Assembly (NCBI GenBank): GCA_965644295.1
Contig: CBFFRP010000114.1
Span: 9,217 to 73,216 of the forward strand
Origin: Paraphysomonas bandaiensis
Taxonomy: Eukaryota; Protista; Chrysophyceae
Direction of reading: 5' to 3'
DNA length: 64,000 nt
Within the stretch, counting starts at the first letter, position 1. Every line of letters starts with the position of its first letter. Below are positions 10,920 to 22,396 of the stretch, one piece after another. A program made the translations under genes and the position numbers. Below the pieces are notes generated by a model. It was not told the DNA's origin. It saw only the letters and a list, made by a program, of their open reading frames with translations, and searched no databases.

Positions 10920-11800
10920 TAGGTGAACATGTCACTGAGCATAGAAGATGTCTATATCAATTACAATGCATAGATATGACAACAACATGCAGCGACCTCA
11001 CACACATGAAACAACATACTGAAATGGTTGGTTAGAAAACCAAACCGCATTTGGAAAGGATTTGCAGTTCGTTTGATACATCGTAGCTGAAAGCTGAAGA
11101 TTCTGCCTGTCCCCACCATAGCAAATAGTACTGGCTCGGAGAGCATCAAAACATTTATAGTTCTCTACGTTATTTCTTAATTTTGTCATCAGGGGACATT
11201 GAAGCACATGTCCAGCTCAATCAGTCCTGCTAGGAAACGCGGCTGGCCTCACAATGCAGCCTGGGCCCTTATCAACGACGAATCCATTGATGTCATGGCC
11301 CGTCAAGCCAGGGAACTGGAAGAATACGTATGTTGGCCACCCCCTGTACTTGAATGGTATGTCAAGAATCAAAAACTCCTTCGATGGAGTGTCGGTTCTC
11401 GGATGCCCCTGATGGCATCCTTCCCCACCCTAAGATTGTTGGGTTAGATGCCCATGAAATGAAGGAGGCTGTCGAACTTCACCGGACTTATTGGTCACAT
11501 GAAAATGCCCAATTCTCGTTTGATAGCGAAGATGAAATGTGATATATAGCATGTGTACAATGGTTGCATTTTTATTAATTGATGGTTAGAGTATGCTCCC
11601 ATATTTGAGTGAAAATTATTAACCTATAACACCTAGTCAACCTAGTCATTGTAAACTGAAAATATAAATATTAAATGACTACGAGGTTTTTCAGCTACTT
11701 TCTTGACTAGGTTTTTCCACCAATTTTTGTGTGACTAGGAAATTACACCTAATTGACTAGGTTGAATAAATATATTCGGCATATAGGTTGAACATCCAAT

Positions 11801-12626
11801 TGAGTGGGAGTGTTGAGTTAATAGTGTGCAATAGGTGAAGTCAACTCATAGGCGTAACGGGTGATTATAGTTACAAAGGAATTAAATTCAGTTAGTGATA
11901 TGTGACTATATATATAAGATGTAGGAGTGACTGGTGAACATATGATAAAAGATGTTATATATGAAAGTCTTATTATTAGCAATAGGTGTCGAGAATCGAC
12001 ACCAGATAAGTAGTTAGATGAAGACTAGTCAAGCTAGATCGACCTCTACCAGTAACTAAAATAAGTATAAATTCTCATATCATACTATTTAACGCTGCGA
12101 TAAAAGATGTTGCAGAGAACAGAGGATGCATGAATATTATGCAGTGAAGTGTTCTGAATAATAATTATAATTTATTACTTATAAGCATTGTGTTCAACAT
12201 AGCAAGGTTAAGGTTTACGTGTAGAGCAAAGTTAACTTCAGTGATATGTATAATTCTAACACGGTAGCGAGCGGTAGCTCTGATGAGGCGAAGGAGGACA
12301 GCAAGGTGCTAAAGTTTGACAAGTATCAGGCTGAGGTATCAGCTCAGAAGTTCAATATTATTCTGATGAAGAAGAATTGTAATCACCTGAGGGTTAGAGC
12401 CGAAACCTGCTGGAGGAGGCAGAGCACGAGAAATGACACGTGCGTTGTGTGTTGCAACGAATTAGGATGCATGTGAACATGACGCAGATGTATGGGAGGG
12501 TGCCAACCAATACATGGAGGCGACTACCAGATGATATCCCCAACAAGAAGTTTTGTCCAATGAGATGCTTCAAACGCTGGTGAATAGGTTTCAGAGTGAG
12601 TTGGGAAATGTGCTCGAGAAGACTAC
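11801..12626 (+). mobile_element. Degenerate Copia fragment (PPT + LTR + gag 5' end), same family as 40783-45263
   Basis: TGAGTGGGAG|TGTTGAG start. DNA matches 40830-41510. VASGSSDEAKEDSKVLKFDKYQAE matches the gag N-terminus at 41113. Confidence 0.85.
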
Positions 12627-12928
12627 CATAGCCTTATATCATATTGAGGTCGTCGCCTAGCATAATTAAGTATCTATTTAATAGTATGACTAAGAAATTC
12701 AACCAATTTGACTATAGGTTGAATAATTATATCCCTATTTACTCCTTAAAAGAGTGTATTGATGCATCCAACATATTATATATCTAAGACAACTATTACA
12801 CAACTCACATAAAAAACTCATACTAAATAAAGAAGTAGCAGGAGCATCATCTTATTAATCTCATTTTCAATTACAGTCTAGTGATATAAAGCAGCACCTG
12901 TGTCTCATAACTAGGAATATCATACGCG

Positions 12929-15900
12929 CTACCTCCTAAGGGTTCTACGCATGGAGAAAAAGAAATACAGTCCGAAAGACGCCAGCATGGCTACACCAGC
13001 ATACGTGTAGTAATTGGACAGAGAACTAGGGGACGAAGTCGAATCATCAGAAACTGGAGTCGAATGTGAAGACGTCTTAGAAGTCGATTTCTTCGTTAAA
13101 GTAGATGATTCCGGTGACGTCGGTATTTCATTTGCAGGTGTTGCCTCGGACACGCGCGAAGTATATGTCTCTGATTCGAATTCATTTCTTGGTTCTATTT
13201 CACATGTGTCTTTTTTCTTATCATTTGGCGACCGAACTTCAGTAGGCTGAAGAGGCAAGATAGTAGTTTGGTGTCTGTGGATGTGCATGTAAGGTTTATT
13301 CTCGTGTACCAACACTGGGGCAGAGATATGTACATCAACAGGACTCCAGCGGGCCGCCAGATCACACAACTTCAGGAGCAAATGCTCTGACGGCTGTCGA
13401 CGAAATCTGAAATATATACCGTAAAATAAGTGCGGTACAGAAACACAATCAAACAGTGTACTATAGAATATATTTTTTGCACTTAAAGCGACTCAATACA
13501 TCATATCGTGTTCGCTATCGTGTAATATATGAGGAACACAATACATCGATAGGTATACACCAGTTGTTGGTGCACAGCTATAGCACACATCGCTATCTCG
13601 TGAAATAAATATCAATACCAGCACGTATATCGAGTGTTGTATGTATCCATGAAATACGCAAGGCAAAGACGTCACCTTATGAAGGTCGAGTGTACTATAT
13701 TTGGAATATGAAGCAAACGGGTCATTTCGTAGGGAGAGAGGCCATTGGCTATCTCGTATTCTCTAAATATTTCGTCTTCTGCAGCTAATCTTACTGCTTT
13801 CCGAAGACCCTCCATGACTCCATCTTCAAGAGTCACTTCAAATATAACCGCACTCGTACATACATCAATAGAAGATATCCTGCCAGTAAATCCATTGATA
13901 TACCTCGAAGGGTCGCAGTCCGAAAGGATACTCAACTGCTTTTCGATAGCTGTGTAACAAATAAGACTCGTATATCTACATGTATTCAACGTGCTACCTT
14001 TTCTCCATATATTCATCACCTCTAATTTTTTCCCATGATCAATTGTAGAAAAGTAAGACTCAAATTCTTTGAAAGAAGAGAGCGTTGCTACAGTGCAGTG
14101 CAACTCAGATGGGGCATATACGTAGAGGCTTTTATCATTAGGGTGAACGGACTCTTCTAAAGAAAGGACAGAGAGGCGAAGAGCATTGTAGATAGAGGTG
14201 ATAGAGGGGCATGTACAAGCCCATGACCATCCACAAGGACTGTGTATACAGCACATTATGATACATTCGTAATATCTGCGTGTATATTGCAACACACTAT
14301 CATGAGACTAAAACATACTATAGTGCATCGTACTATTCCAACGTGGTGTCATATTCTAGAGTAGGAAGTGTACGCATATTCTACTTACATCACAAGACCA
14401 TGGACAGACATGTCTTTCTCCAACGCAAGTGTCTCTGCGTATACGTCCATCACCTCTTCATCCCCATTTCCCTCAAACTTGACGTCATTAAAAGCATCTT
14501 TGCTCACTTGAGACCACCTCGGAGACGGGGCCGCCGTGTTATAGAGTAATTCTGCAGAGACTTCAACTTTACCTTTTGCTTCAACTTCAAGAGACACCAT
14601 GGACTCTACGTCAGCACCACTAGGCCCCTCGTTAACGGTATTCACGGAAGGATCAGCAGCAGTTGGTTCCTCGTTACTGGCACACACAGACCTAACACCA
14701 TTCATAGATGCAGCAGCAGGATCCTCCTTATCGACGTTCACAGATGCATCAGCTGCAACAGGATCCTCCTTATCAACGTTCACAGATGTATCAGCTGCAA
14801 CAGGCTCCTCCTTATCAACGTTCACAGATACATCAGCTGCAACAAGCTCCTCGCTACTGGTATTCATAGATACATCAGCAGCTGCTGCAGGCTCCTCCTT
14901 ATCGACGTTCACAGATGCATCAGCTGCAACAGGATCCTCCTTATCAACGTTCACAGATGCATCAGCTGCAACAGGATCCTCCCTATCGACGTTCACAGAT
15001 GCATCAGCTGCAACAGGATCCTCCTTATCAACGTTCACAGATACATCAGCTGCAACAAGCTCCTCGCTACTGGTATTCATAGATACATCAGCAGCTGCTG
15101 CAGGCTCCTCCCTATCGACGTTCACAGATGCATCAGCTGCAACAGGATCCTCCTTATCAACGTTCACAGATACATCAGCTGCAACAAGCTCCTCGCTACT
15201 GGTATTCATAGATACATCAGCAGCTGCTGCAGGCTCCTCCCTATCGACGTTCACAGATGTATCAGCTGCTGCTGCAGGCTCCTCCTTATCAACGTTCACA
15301 GATGCATCAGCTGCAACAAGCTCCTCGCTACTGGTATTCATAGATACATCAGTAGCTGCAGCAGGCTCCTCCTTATCGACGTTCACAGATGCAGCAACTG
15401 CAACAGGATCCTCCTTATCGACGTTCACAGATGCAGTAGCTGCAACAGGCTCCTCCTTATCGACGTTCACAGATGCAGTAGCTGCAACAGGCTCCTCCTT
15501 ATCGACGTTCACAGATGCAGCAACTGCAGCAGGCTCCTCCTTATCGACGTTCACAGATGCAGTAGCTGCAACAGGCTCCTCCTTATCGACGTTCACAGAT
15601 GCAGTAGCTGCAACAGGCTCCTCCTTATCGACGTTCACAGATGCAGCAACTGCAGCAGGCTCCTCCTTATCAACGTTCACAGATGCATCAGCTGCAACAA
15701 GCTCCTCGCTACTGGTATTCATAGATACATCAGTAGCTGCAGCAGGCTCCTCCTTATCGACGTTCACAGATGCAGCAACTGCAGCAGGCTCCTCCTTATC
15801 GACGTTCACAGATGCAGTAGCTGCAACAGGCTCCTCCTTATCGACGTTCACAGATGCAGTAGCTGCAACAGGCTCCTCCTTATCGACGTTCACAGATGCA

Positions 15901-16253
15901 GCAACTGCAGCAGGCTCCTCCCTATCGACGTTCACAGATGCAGTAGCTGCAACAGGCTCCTCCTTATCAACATAAAGGGATTCTCTCTTCTCTCCATCAA
16001 TCTCCTGATCCATAGAAACACTCAGTGAAGTCTTCTCGTCCCGTCTATTCAGTGTCTCTCCATCTTTCATATCAAACTTTTCAGTTTTCAGTTTTTTTCT
16101 TGATTGTGGGACAAGATCATGATGTGAATTCTTTCCATGTCTTTGATATCCACCATCATGACTGTATGATTTCTTTTTACGTCTTTGACGACGTTTAGCT
16201 GATGAGGTTTGATGTGTTGTTGATATATTACTATTCGATGATGTAATATTCAT
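12929..16253 (-). CDS. Acidic-repeat + 2H phosphoesterase-like domain protein with C-terminal TM anchor
   Basis: Exons 14389-16253, 13998-14239, 13676-13949 and 12929-13406 join in frame through GT-AG introns. Two 2H-type motifs (ELHCTVA, IVHSTFIRF), a basic N-terminus (KRRQRRKKK) and a terminal hydrophobic helix followed by RRTLRR. Confidence 0.7.
14700..15972 (-). repeat. Coding minisatellite, 42-nt unit (VNVDKEEPVAATAS, variant MNTSSEELVAADVS), about 30 copies
   Basis: Directly visible tandem units with two interleaved variants. Confidence 0.95.
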
Positions 16254-17793
16254 TTTTACACACAATTTTTATAAAAATTATTTCAATTAATATGAAAATG
16301 TATGTATATTATAGTAGGAAAATATTTTTTTTGTCTTTTGTAATTCTTTCTTTTTGTTATGAATGTAAGTAGAAGGTAAGATCTTTGAGGGACACTATAT
16401 GAAGTTAAGTATAAAGTTCAAGTATAGTATGAAATATGATTGAAGTTCAAGTTGTAAAGGATAGTATAGATATGTAGCCTACTGTAATAGTAGTAGCAAG
16501 TAATTATATATAGTGAGTGTAGAGTGCATTAAGAGTCAGTCATATGCAATTCTTGTATGCTTTATTGCAATATGGTCGACCATACACCATACTATGTATA
16601 TATACACTCCTCTCTGAACCTTCCGAATTCTCATACAGCAGTAGGAGTATATACAGCAGAATAGGATACTGTATTGTGGTGCATTCTGCTCCAGGAATTC
16701 CTACTTCTAGATTTCAAGGGGAAAAGTGCCTTTTCAAATCTAAAACCCATAATTTTTTATTGTGGAAGATATTTTAGAAAGGCAGGATTTTGGGAAAAGT
16801 ATAGTCAATACATGTATTACATAATACAGTGTATGATGGGTGTATTTCATAATACAGTGGTGTGTATTCTAGCTGTTGGTATGGTTTGATGCGTACTGTA
16901 TATGACACTATGAGAACACACGCATGACATCAATGGAAGGTCCAGAGCATCAGTAAAACATGATCTCAGCTCTTCCGTAGACGCATTTCGACGGAGTTGT
17001 GTGTATGGATCATAAACAAGGCGAGTTGTTCCTCCCTATGATCTCAGAGACAACAATACAAGATCTATAGAGAGGTACACACAGAAGGGCTAAGAGCGCC
17101 TCATTGCCCTCCTTTATGAGTGTGGTACGACACATAGGATGGCGGAATAAGGTGAATACAGAGCTTAAGCCACTAGAGCTACCAGTATGGCTATATATAT
17201 ATATGGGTTAGGGAATATATGCATTATATGTATGTATATGTATGTATGTGTTCCATTCAATATCTCACAGGATTAACGTCAGTCTGTATGTACAGGACGA
17301 TGAATACGACTGAGGGTGCCATATTTATAGATTACAAGTATGATATTTCAGCTGTGGATATACTGTGGAGAGGAATATATCGAAGAAGTCACCCCACTCG
17401 AAGTCATCCACAGAAGACATGCAATGTATGAACCATTGAATTGTATGATGATCATATATAGCTTCTTTGGTGTGATTAGTCCTATATGTTAAGCCTTATA
17501 GAATGTATATCACCACTTAAATAATGTATGTATAATATATATGTATATATGTATGTATGTATGTATGCATGTAAGTATTTTGCATCACTAACTTATAGGC
17601 TGTGATACAGATAATATCATCACGACTCACAACTGGGGAGTACTCACAGACTTCCCGCTCCATGAACTACGAAAAGATGTGCGTATTAGTTGTGGCATGA
17701 TGTATGTATTATAATATAGTAATGTATGATACTATGTATCTATGTATTACATACTATACCATTTATATGTGATAAATATGGTATAATATATTG

Positions 17794-18261
17794 CAGGGAT
17801 AGGGAACAATATATTGTATTGCAATATATTGTAAAATATATTGATTGGTGGACTGGTCAAATATTCCATCAATAGTGTTTCTGTTAAAATAGCTCACAAT
17901 ACTATTGCAATATATTGCAATCAATATTATGATAGTCATATAAGAGAAGATTCTTAACTGTGGGGTGCATATTTCAATCAATATTGAATGAATATGGTGA
18001 TGATGATGTCACCGATGATGGCTCAGAGGATGAGTATGAGGAAACTTTTAATTAGTTAAGAGTAGTGGGTTTGATTATCAAGTGACCTTAGACCTTATAA
18101 TGGCAAGTACTAAAAATGAAAACTACGGATGTGTTTACTTACTGATTAGTCATACTAATATATTGCAATATATTGAAATAGTATTGTAGGGCCGGTTTAA
18201 AAAATCTATTGATGGAACACTACCTAACAACAGTATTGCAATATATTGTTCCCTATCCCTG
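17794..18261. mobile_element. 468-bp hAT-like MITE
   Basis: Perfect TIRs CAGGGATAGGGAACAATATATTG / CAATATATTGTTCCCTATCCCTG, internal CAATATATTG subterminal repeats, and a flanking 54-bp direct duplication. Confidence 0.8.
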
Positions 18262-19891
18262 CTATGTATTACATACTATACCATTTATATGTGATAAATA
18301 TGGTATAATATATTGCCAGCAAGAAGACACTGGGTGATATGTAATTGATGTAGGATGACGAAATATCCCAGACTTTTTCTTGGCAACAAGCTTCGGAAAT
18401 GCTGGGAGTGGAAGTGTAATTCGCGTGTTTAGTTGTGTGTGGTGGGAAATCTCTATTACTCCATGTGTAATACAGTTATTAGTTACGTGTAAATATATTT
18501 GTTTTTTTATATGATGTATGCTTCGCTCCATATAGTAATAATTTACTTTGAAATTAGAGATCTTAGTCTATCAATATTTGGTTTTAACCACACTCAAAAA
18601 CCACACTCACCATCACAGCACAAGAACACAAAAAACACTGTTGTTATGTACGGAAAAAACGTAACAGTCAATTCAGACTCGACTCAAATGAAGTATGTGA
18701 ATTCATATGACAGCAGCGGACAACACTCCCAGCTCCCAGTGACCCAATCACAGGGCAAAATGGTGTGCAGGTAACTTCATTATATCCGACTCATTCTTAT
18801 ACTTAAAGATGTCTCCAAAGCAGAGCAGATCCAATACAAAAGAGCGCACAGAGAAGGCTGCACGGCAAGCCAAAATAGGGGCTGAGTCGAAGAAGGTTAC
18901 AAAACAGTGGAAGCGGATTGGTTTGAGACATAAATCGTTTCATTTGCCAGGTTCAGACCTTCTCAGTCAATACCCAACGTTAAAGCTGCGAAGGCTAACG
19001 CTCCTGAGCATATTTCTTTAGTTTGTTACACCTGTACTTGTCACGATAATAGCCCGAGATATAGATCCTGAGCACCTCGTTTTCAACAAAGGAAACTCTG
19101 TGCTGTTCACTGTGAGTAAGATATAACAAGATGTGTGCTATTTGGATTCGTATTTATAGCGAACAATTCGTGTTTACCGGTGTCTAGAAGAAGGTCCTTC
19201 CACTGTGTTCAGATCTGGAATAATACCGAAAAGAGTTCAGAAGAAATTATCCTACGATTTCGTCGTTAGGCATACTATTTGCCGAAACATCACTGCCAAC
19301 TTTACGTTTGACAAGCTCTACTCTGAAGATGTCTCCTTGAAGTTTAAGAGTATTCTTAGAGGGATTATTAATCCGAAGCAGTTTCTTGCGTTGACACGAC
19401 TGGTGCAGCACGGAGTAGATATGTGGGGAAAATAGGATGGGTATAGAAGAAAAGAAAGAAGTAAATAGTTGTGCACACTCATAGGAAAGATGGGAAGCAA
19501 CACACAGTATTAAGTAATGCGTACACGAGGCGGACAACCAAGGCCTCGACATCATATATGTATTCCTGTGCGTGATGACTAGCTATTACAAGCTGTTTTA
19601 CGCCTATGACAAATACACAAGCAAATCAAACAGAGGGTATGACCACACAGGGATGGTGGTAATGGGCGTTTGGGTGAGGCGGGAAAGCACAATTCGTTTA
19701 TGTTTGGTTGTATAATAGAGAACACTGTCAACGCATATCGTCATATAATGAATGTCGATTCCGAAGATTTTGAGTACTTTGGTTATTGTCAAACTCTAGC
19801 AAACGATTTGTATGTGTATGCAAGCACACTCTCTGATAGTACTATTTAGTAGAGTAATACAATGAATTTAATTGATTTGGACGTAAATATA

Positions 19892-20773
19892 TTACTTCTT
19901 ATAAGTGTGGTTACTGACTGTGGAATGAGTGTGGTTAAGACCAATACTTTTACAAGTCGCTACTGCCATTCTAAACGAATTCATGGCGAGTAGTTTAGAA
20001 TCTGTGATTATGGTAGAAATCACTCGATCAATTGGAAAAAGTTTAAATAAAGTATGAAGTGAATTGATTCCCGAATTGATGCAAAATTTTGTGATGATAC
20101 ATATCGATCGGGTCAGGATAAATGGCGACAAGGTGATGTCCAAAGCGGAAAATAGTATGGTCAAAGCAGCCTCGATCGTATCGCCGGAGGACCTGGTAAC
20201 GTTTGCACGACCTGCTGACAACACCGCTGAAGAAACGGCGAACGGGGTACCGGCAACGGGAATAATGGCTAACCACTGAAAGACATTGCTCAAATTGTGC
20301 GTGTTGCAATTCTTGCAAATGGGAATTATAGTACAATTTTCGTGATTGCATGCGCAGGTCCATTTGTGTCTGTTGAGTTTATTTCGCGCTGTTATTATTT
20401 CATTGATATCGACGGCATTGCTCTCTACAGAGCAGCTGCAATAGACTCCGCGTTTGAGGTAGTTCATCTCTACCACTCTGTCGTCACCACCATCCTCCGC
20501 AGTGATGACATCAATCATGAGCTCGATGTCATACCATGATCCGTAACAAATATTCGTGTGGAATAAGATTGCCGTCAGTGCTGGCTCGTCACATATCTCC
20601 AAAACTAGGCCTTGGCCTGGGGTGTAAATACGAGATTCCTTGAGCACGGCGTAAGTCACCTTGCCACCAACAGGAGTCTCAGCGGGAACGTCTCTGGCAG
20701 AATAGAGGTTCATCGGGGTGCCATCAACCTCAATAGATTGATTGGCGCAAATTAGAGTAATTACGGCGCCCAT
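19892..20773 (-). CDS. Hypothetical protein (293 aa) with RanBP2-like zinc finger and hydrophobic C-terminal helices
   Basis: Intronless ATG-initiated ORF. WTCACNHENCTIIPICKNC fits W-x-C..C-x2-3-N-x6-C-x2-C. Confidence 0.65.
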   Translation of the reverse strand: MGAVITLICANQSIEVDGTPMNLYSARDVPAETPVGGKVTYAVLKESRIYTPGQGLVLEICDEPALTAILFHTNICYGSWYDIELMIDVITAEDGGDDRVVEMNYLKRGVYCSCSVESNAVDINEIITARNKLNRHKWTCACNHENCTIIPICKNCNTHNLSNVFQWLAIIPVAGTPFAVSSAVLSAGRANVTRSSGDTIEAALTILFSALDITLSPFILTRSICIITKFCINSGINSLHTLFKLFPIDRVISTIITDSKLLAMNSFRMAVATCKSIGLNHTHSTVSNHTYKK

Positions 20774-21404
20774 ATCGCATCGCTTAGTCCAGTGCTTAAG
20801 CTTTGAGTGTGTGAAGATGAAGAAAAATGAAGCAAGAACAGAATCCTAAAAATGGACGAATCTGGAATCTGTATACACGCCGGCATCCCACTGTATACGT
20901 AGCATACGTACCACTACCATACATAACCTACGAGAGTATACATGCATAGATATTTCCCAAAATCCTGAAATCATTCAATGGTTGTTTTTATAGAGGAATC
21001 TCTTAATATTTTTGTCTAATATTATCTGATTTCAGGATTTTATGCACACATACAGTCGCATACGGGGGCTAAACGACAGTACATCCGTTAAGTGTAGCCG
21101 TTAAGTATATTAATTAAGGTTGCCTGTACAGCAGTATGTACAGTGTGTATGTATACCGGTATACATACCGTACATATACTCATTCCAGCATACACTATAC
21201 GGTCCATATACCTCATATACACACCCCTGTATGCTCTGCACATACACACATCTAGACATACACATACACACATCTAGACATACACATACACATACATACA
21301 GTGTATATATACACGCAGTTGCATGCATGCATCATCATATATATACAACCATATCATTCACCCTCCACTCCACTTGCAATTACCTTAATAAACTATCTCT
21401 TATC

Positions 21405-22396
21405 ATGGGAAAATCAAAGAAACAATCAACAGCGGATGATTTAGAGCCTATTCTAAAGCAGATGCAAGATGAAACGGCCACTAGCTCCCCTTCTCAATGT
21501 ATGCATCTACACACACATACATCATTGCTGGTTTATCTGTTGCTGTGTAGCAGATATGACATATATATATATTATATTTAGCACTCACTGTATTCATATC
21601 AGGGCTATCGTTTGCACTAGTGTCTGTTCTCAGTCCACTCTCTATTGCATACCTCTACTCCTCTCCTATCCTTGCTCTCCCTGGTGCAGATGTCAGTAAG
21701 GTCCAATTGGGTGTGAGTGTACTCCTCTCTGCAGTCTTCTTAATGATTGCCTATAACGATGTGGCAACCAGAACTCGTAACAAACTATTTAGTACAAGGT
21801 GTGCACTTGCTACATATGCTGTATGCTGATGTCGATTATATTCGCTGAATTAATTATACGCTGTATTTGTTATGGTGGTATTCGCTTGTGTATATTGCTG
21901 TATGAGGTATGTTATAGTACGTGAATTGACTGTGCTGGTTATATTGGCTCTACTACTACACATTATCAGTTATAATAGTTAATGTTGTAATGTTAGTTAT
22001 GTGTTTTTGCTGATTACTTTTCTGCTGTATGAATATGCTTGCAAACAAAAATTAACTAGTTATTAACAGAGAAGTCAACACCCGTATCAAAGGAATTGTT
22101 AAGGCCGAGGCTGAAAATACGCTTAAAAGCTCAAACCAAGCAGAGTCCTCTGGCTACGCTATGTTTTCGTGCAACGCGACTTACATGGTAAGATATTGGC
22201 ATATATGTAATACAATACAATAATGTAGATGGAAAATGAAATTACTCATGATTTTCTTTCACAGTGCTGTGGCTTGATTTTGACCTTCTACATGCTGCCC
22301 ATGTATGGTTACTCTATTACCACCAGCAGCAGTATCTCTACCATCTTGCCAGCTCTGGCGGTTTTAATGGTGGCTAGAGCCAACGTGTTTATCTGA
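21405..22396 (+). CDS. SSR3: Translocon-associated protein gamma subunit
   Basis: Exons 21405-21498, ~21582-21798, 22070-22187 and 22265-22396 splice in frame. Four-TM layout. SAVFLMIAYNDVATRTRNKL and ESSGYAMFSCNATYM resemble the TRAP-gamma motifs [20 protein letters not shown] and EATTFSIFYNNTLFL. Confidence 0.75.

Noticed and set aside
14599-15975. 458-aa Ser/Thr/Ala ORF on the + strand
   Set aside because: Antisense shadow of the coding minisatellite. The minus frame extends beyond the repeat and splices onward.
16900-17450. Coding-like stretch with splice-like sites
   Set aside because: Multiple stops and no recognisable family.
18640-19600. Fragmented plus-strand ORFs
   Set aside because: Could not be assembled into a stop-free model or assigned to a family.
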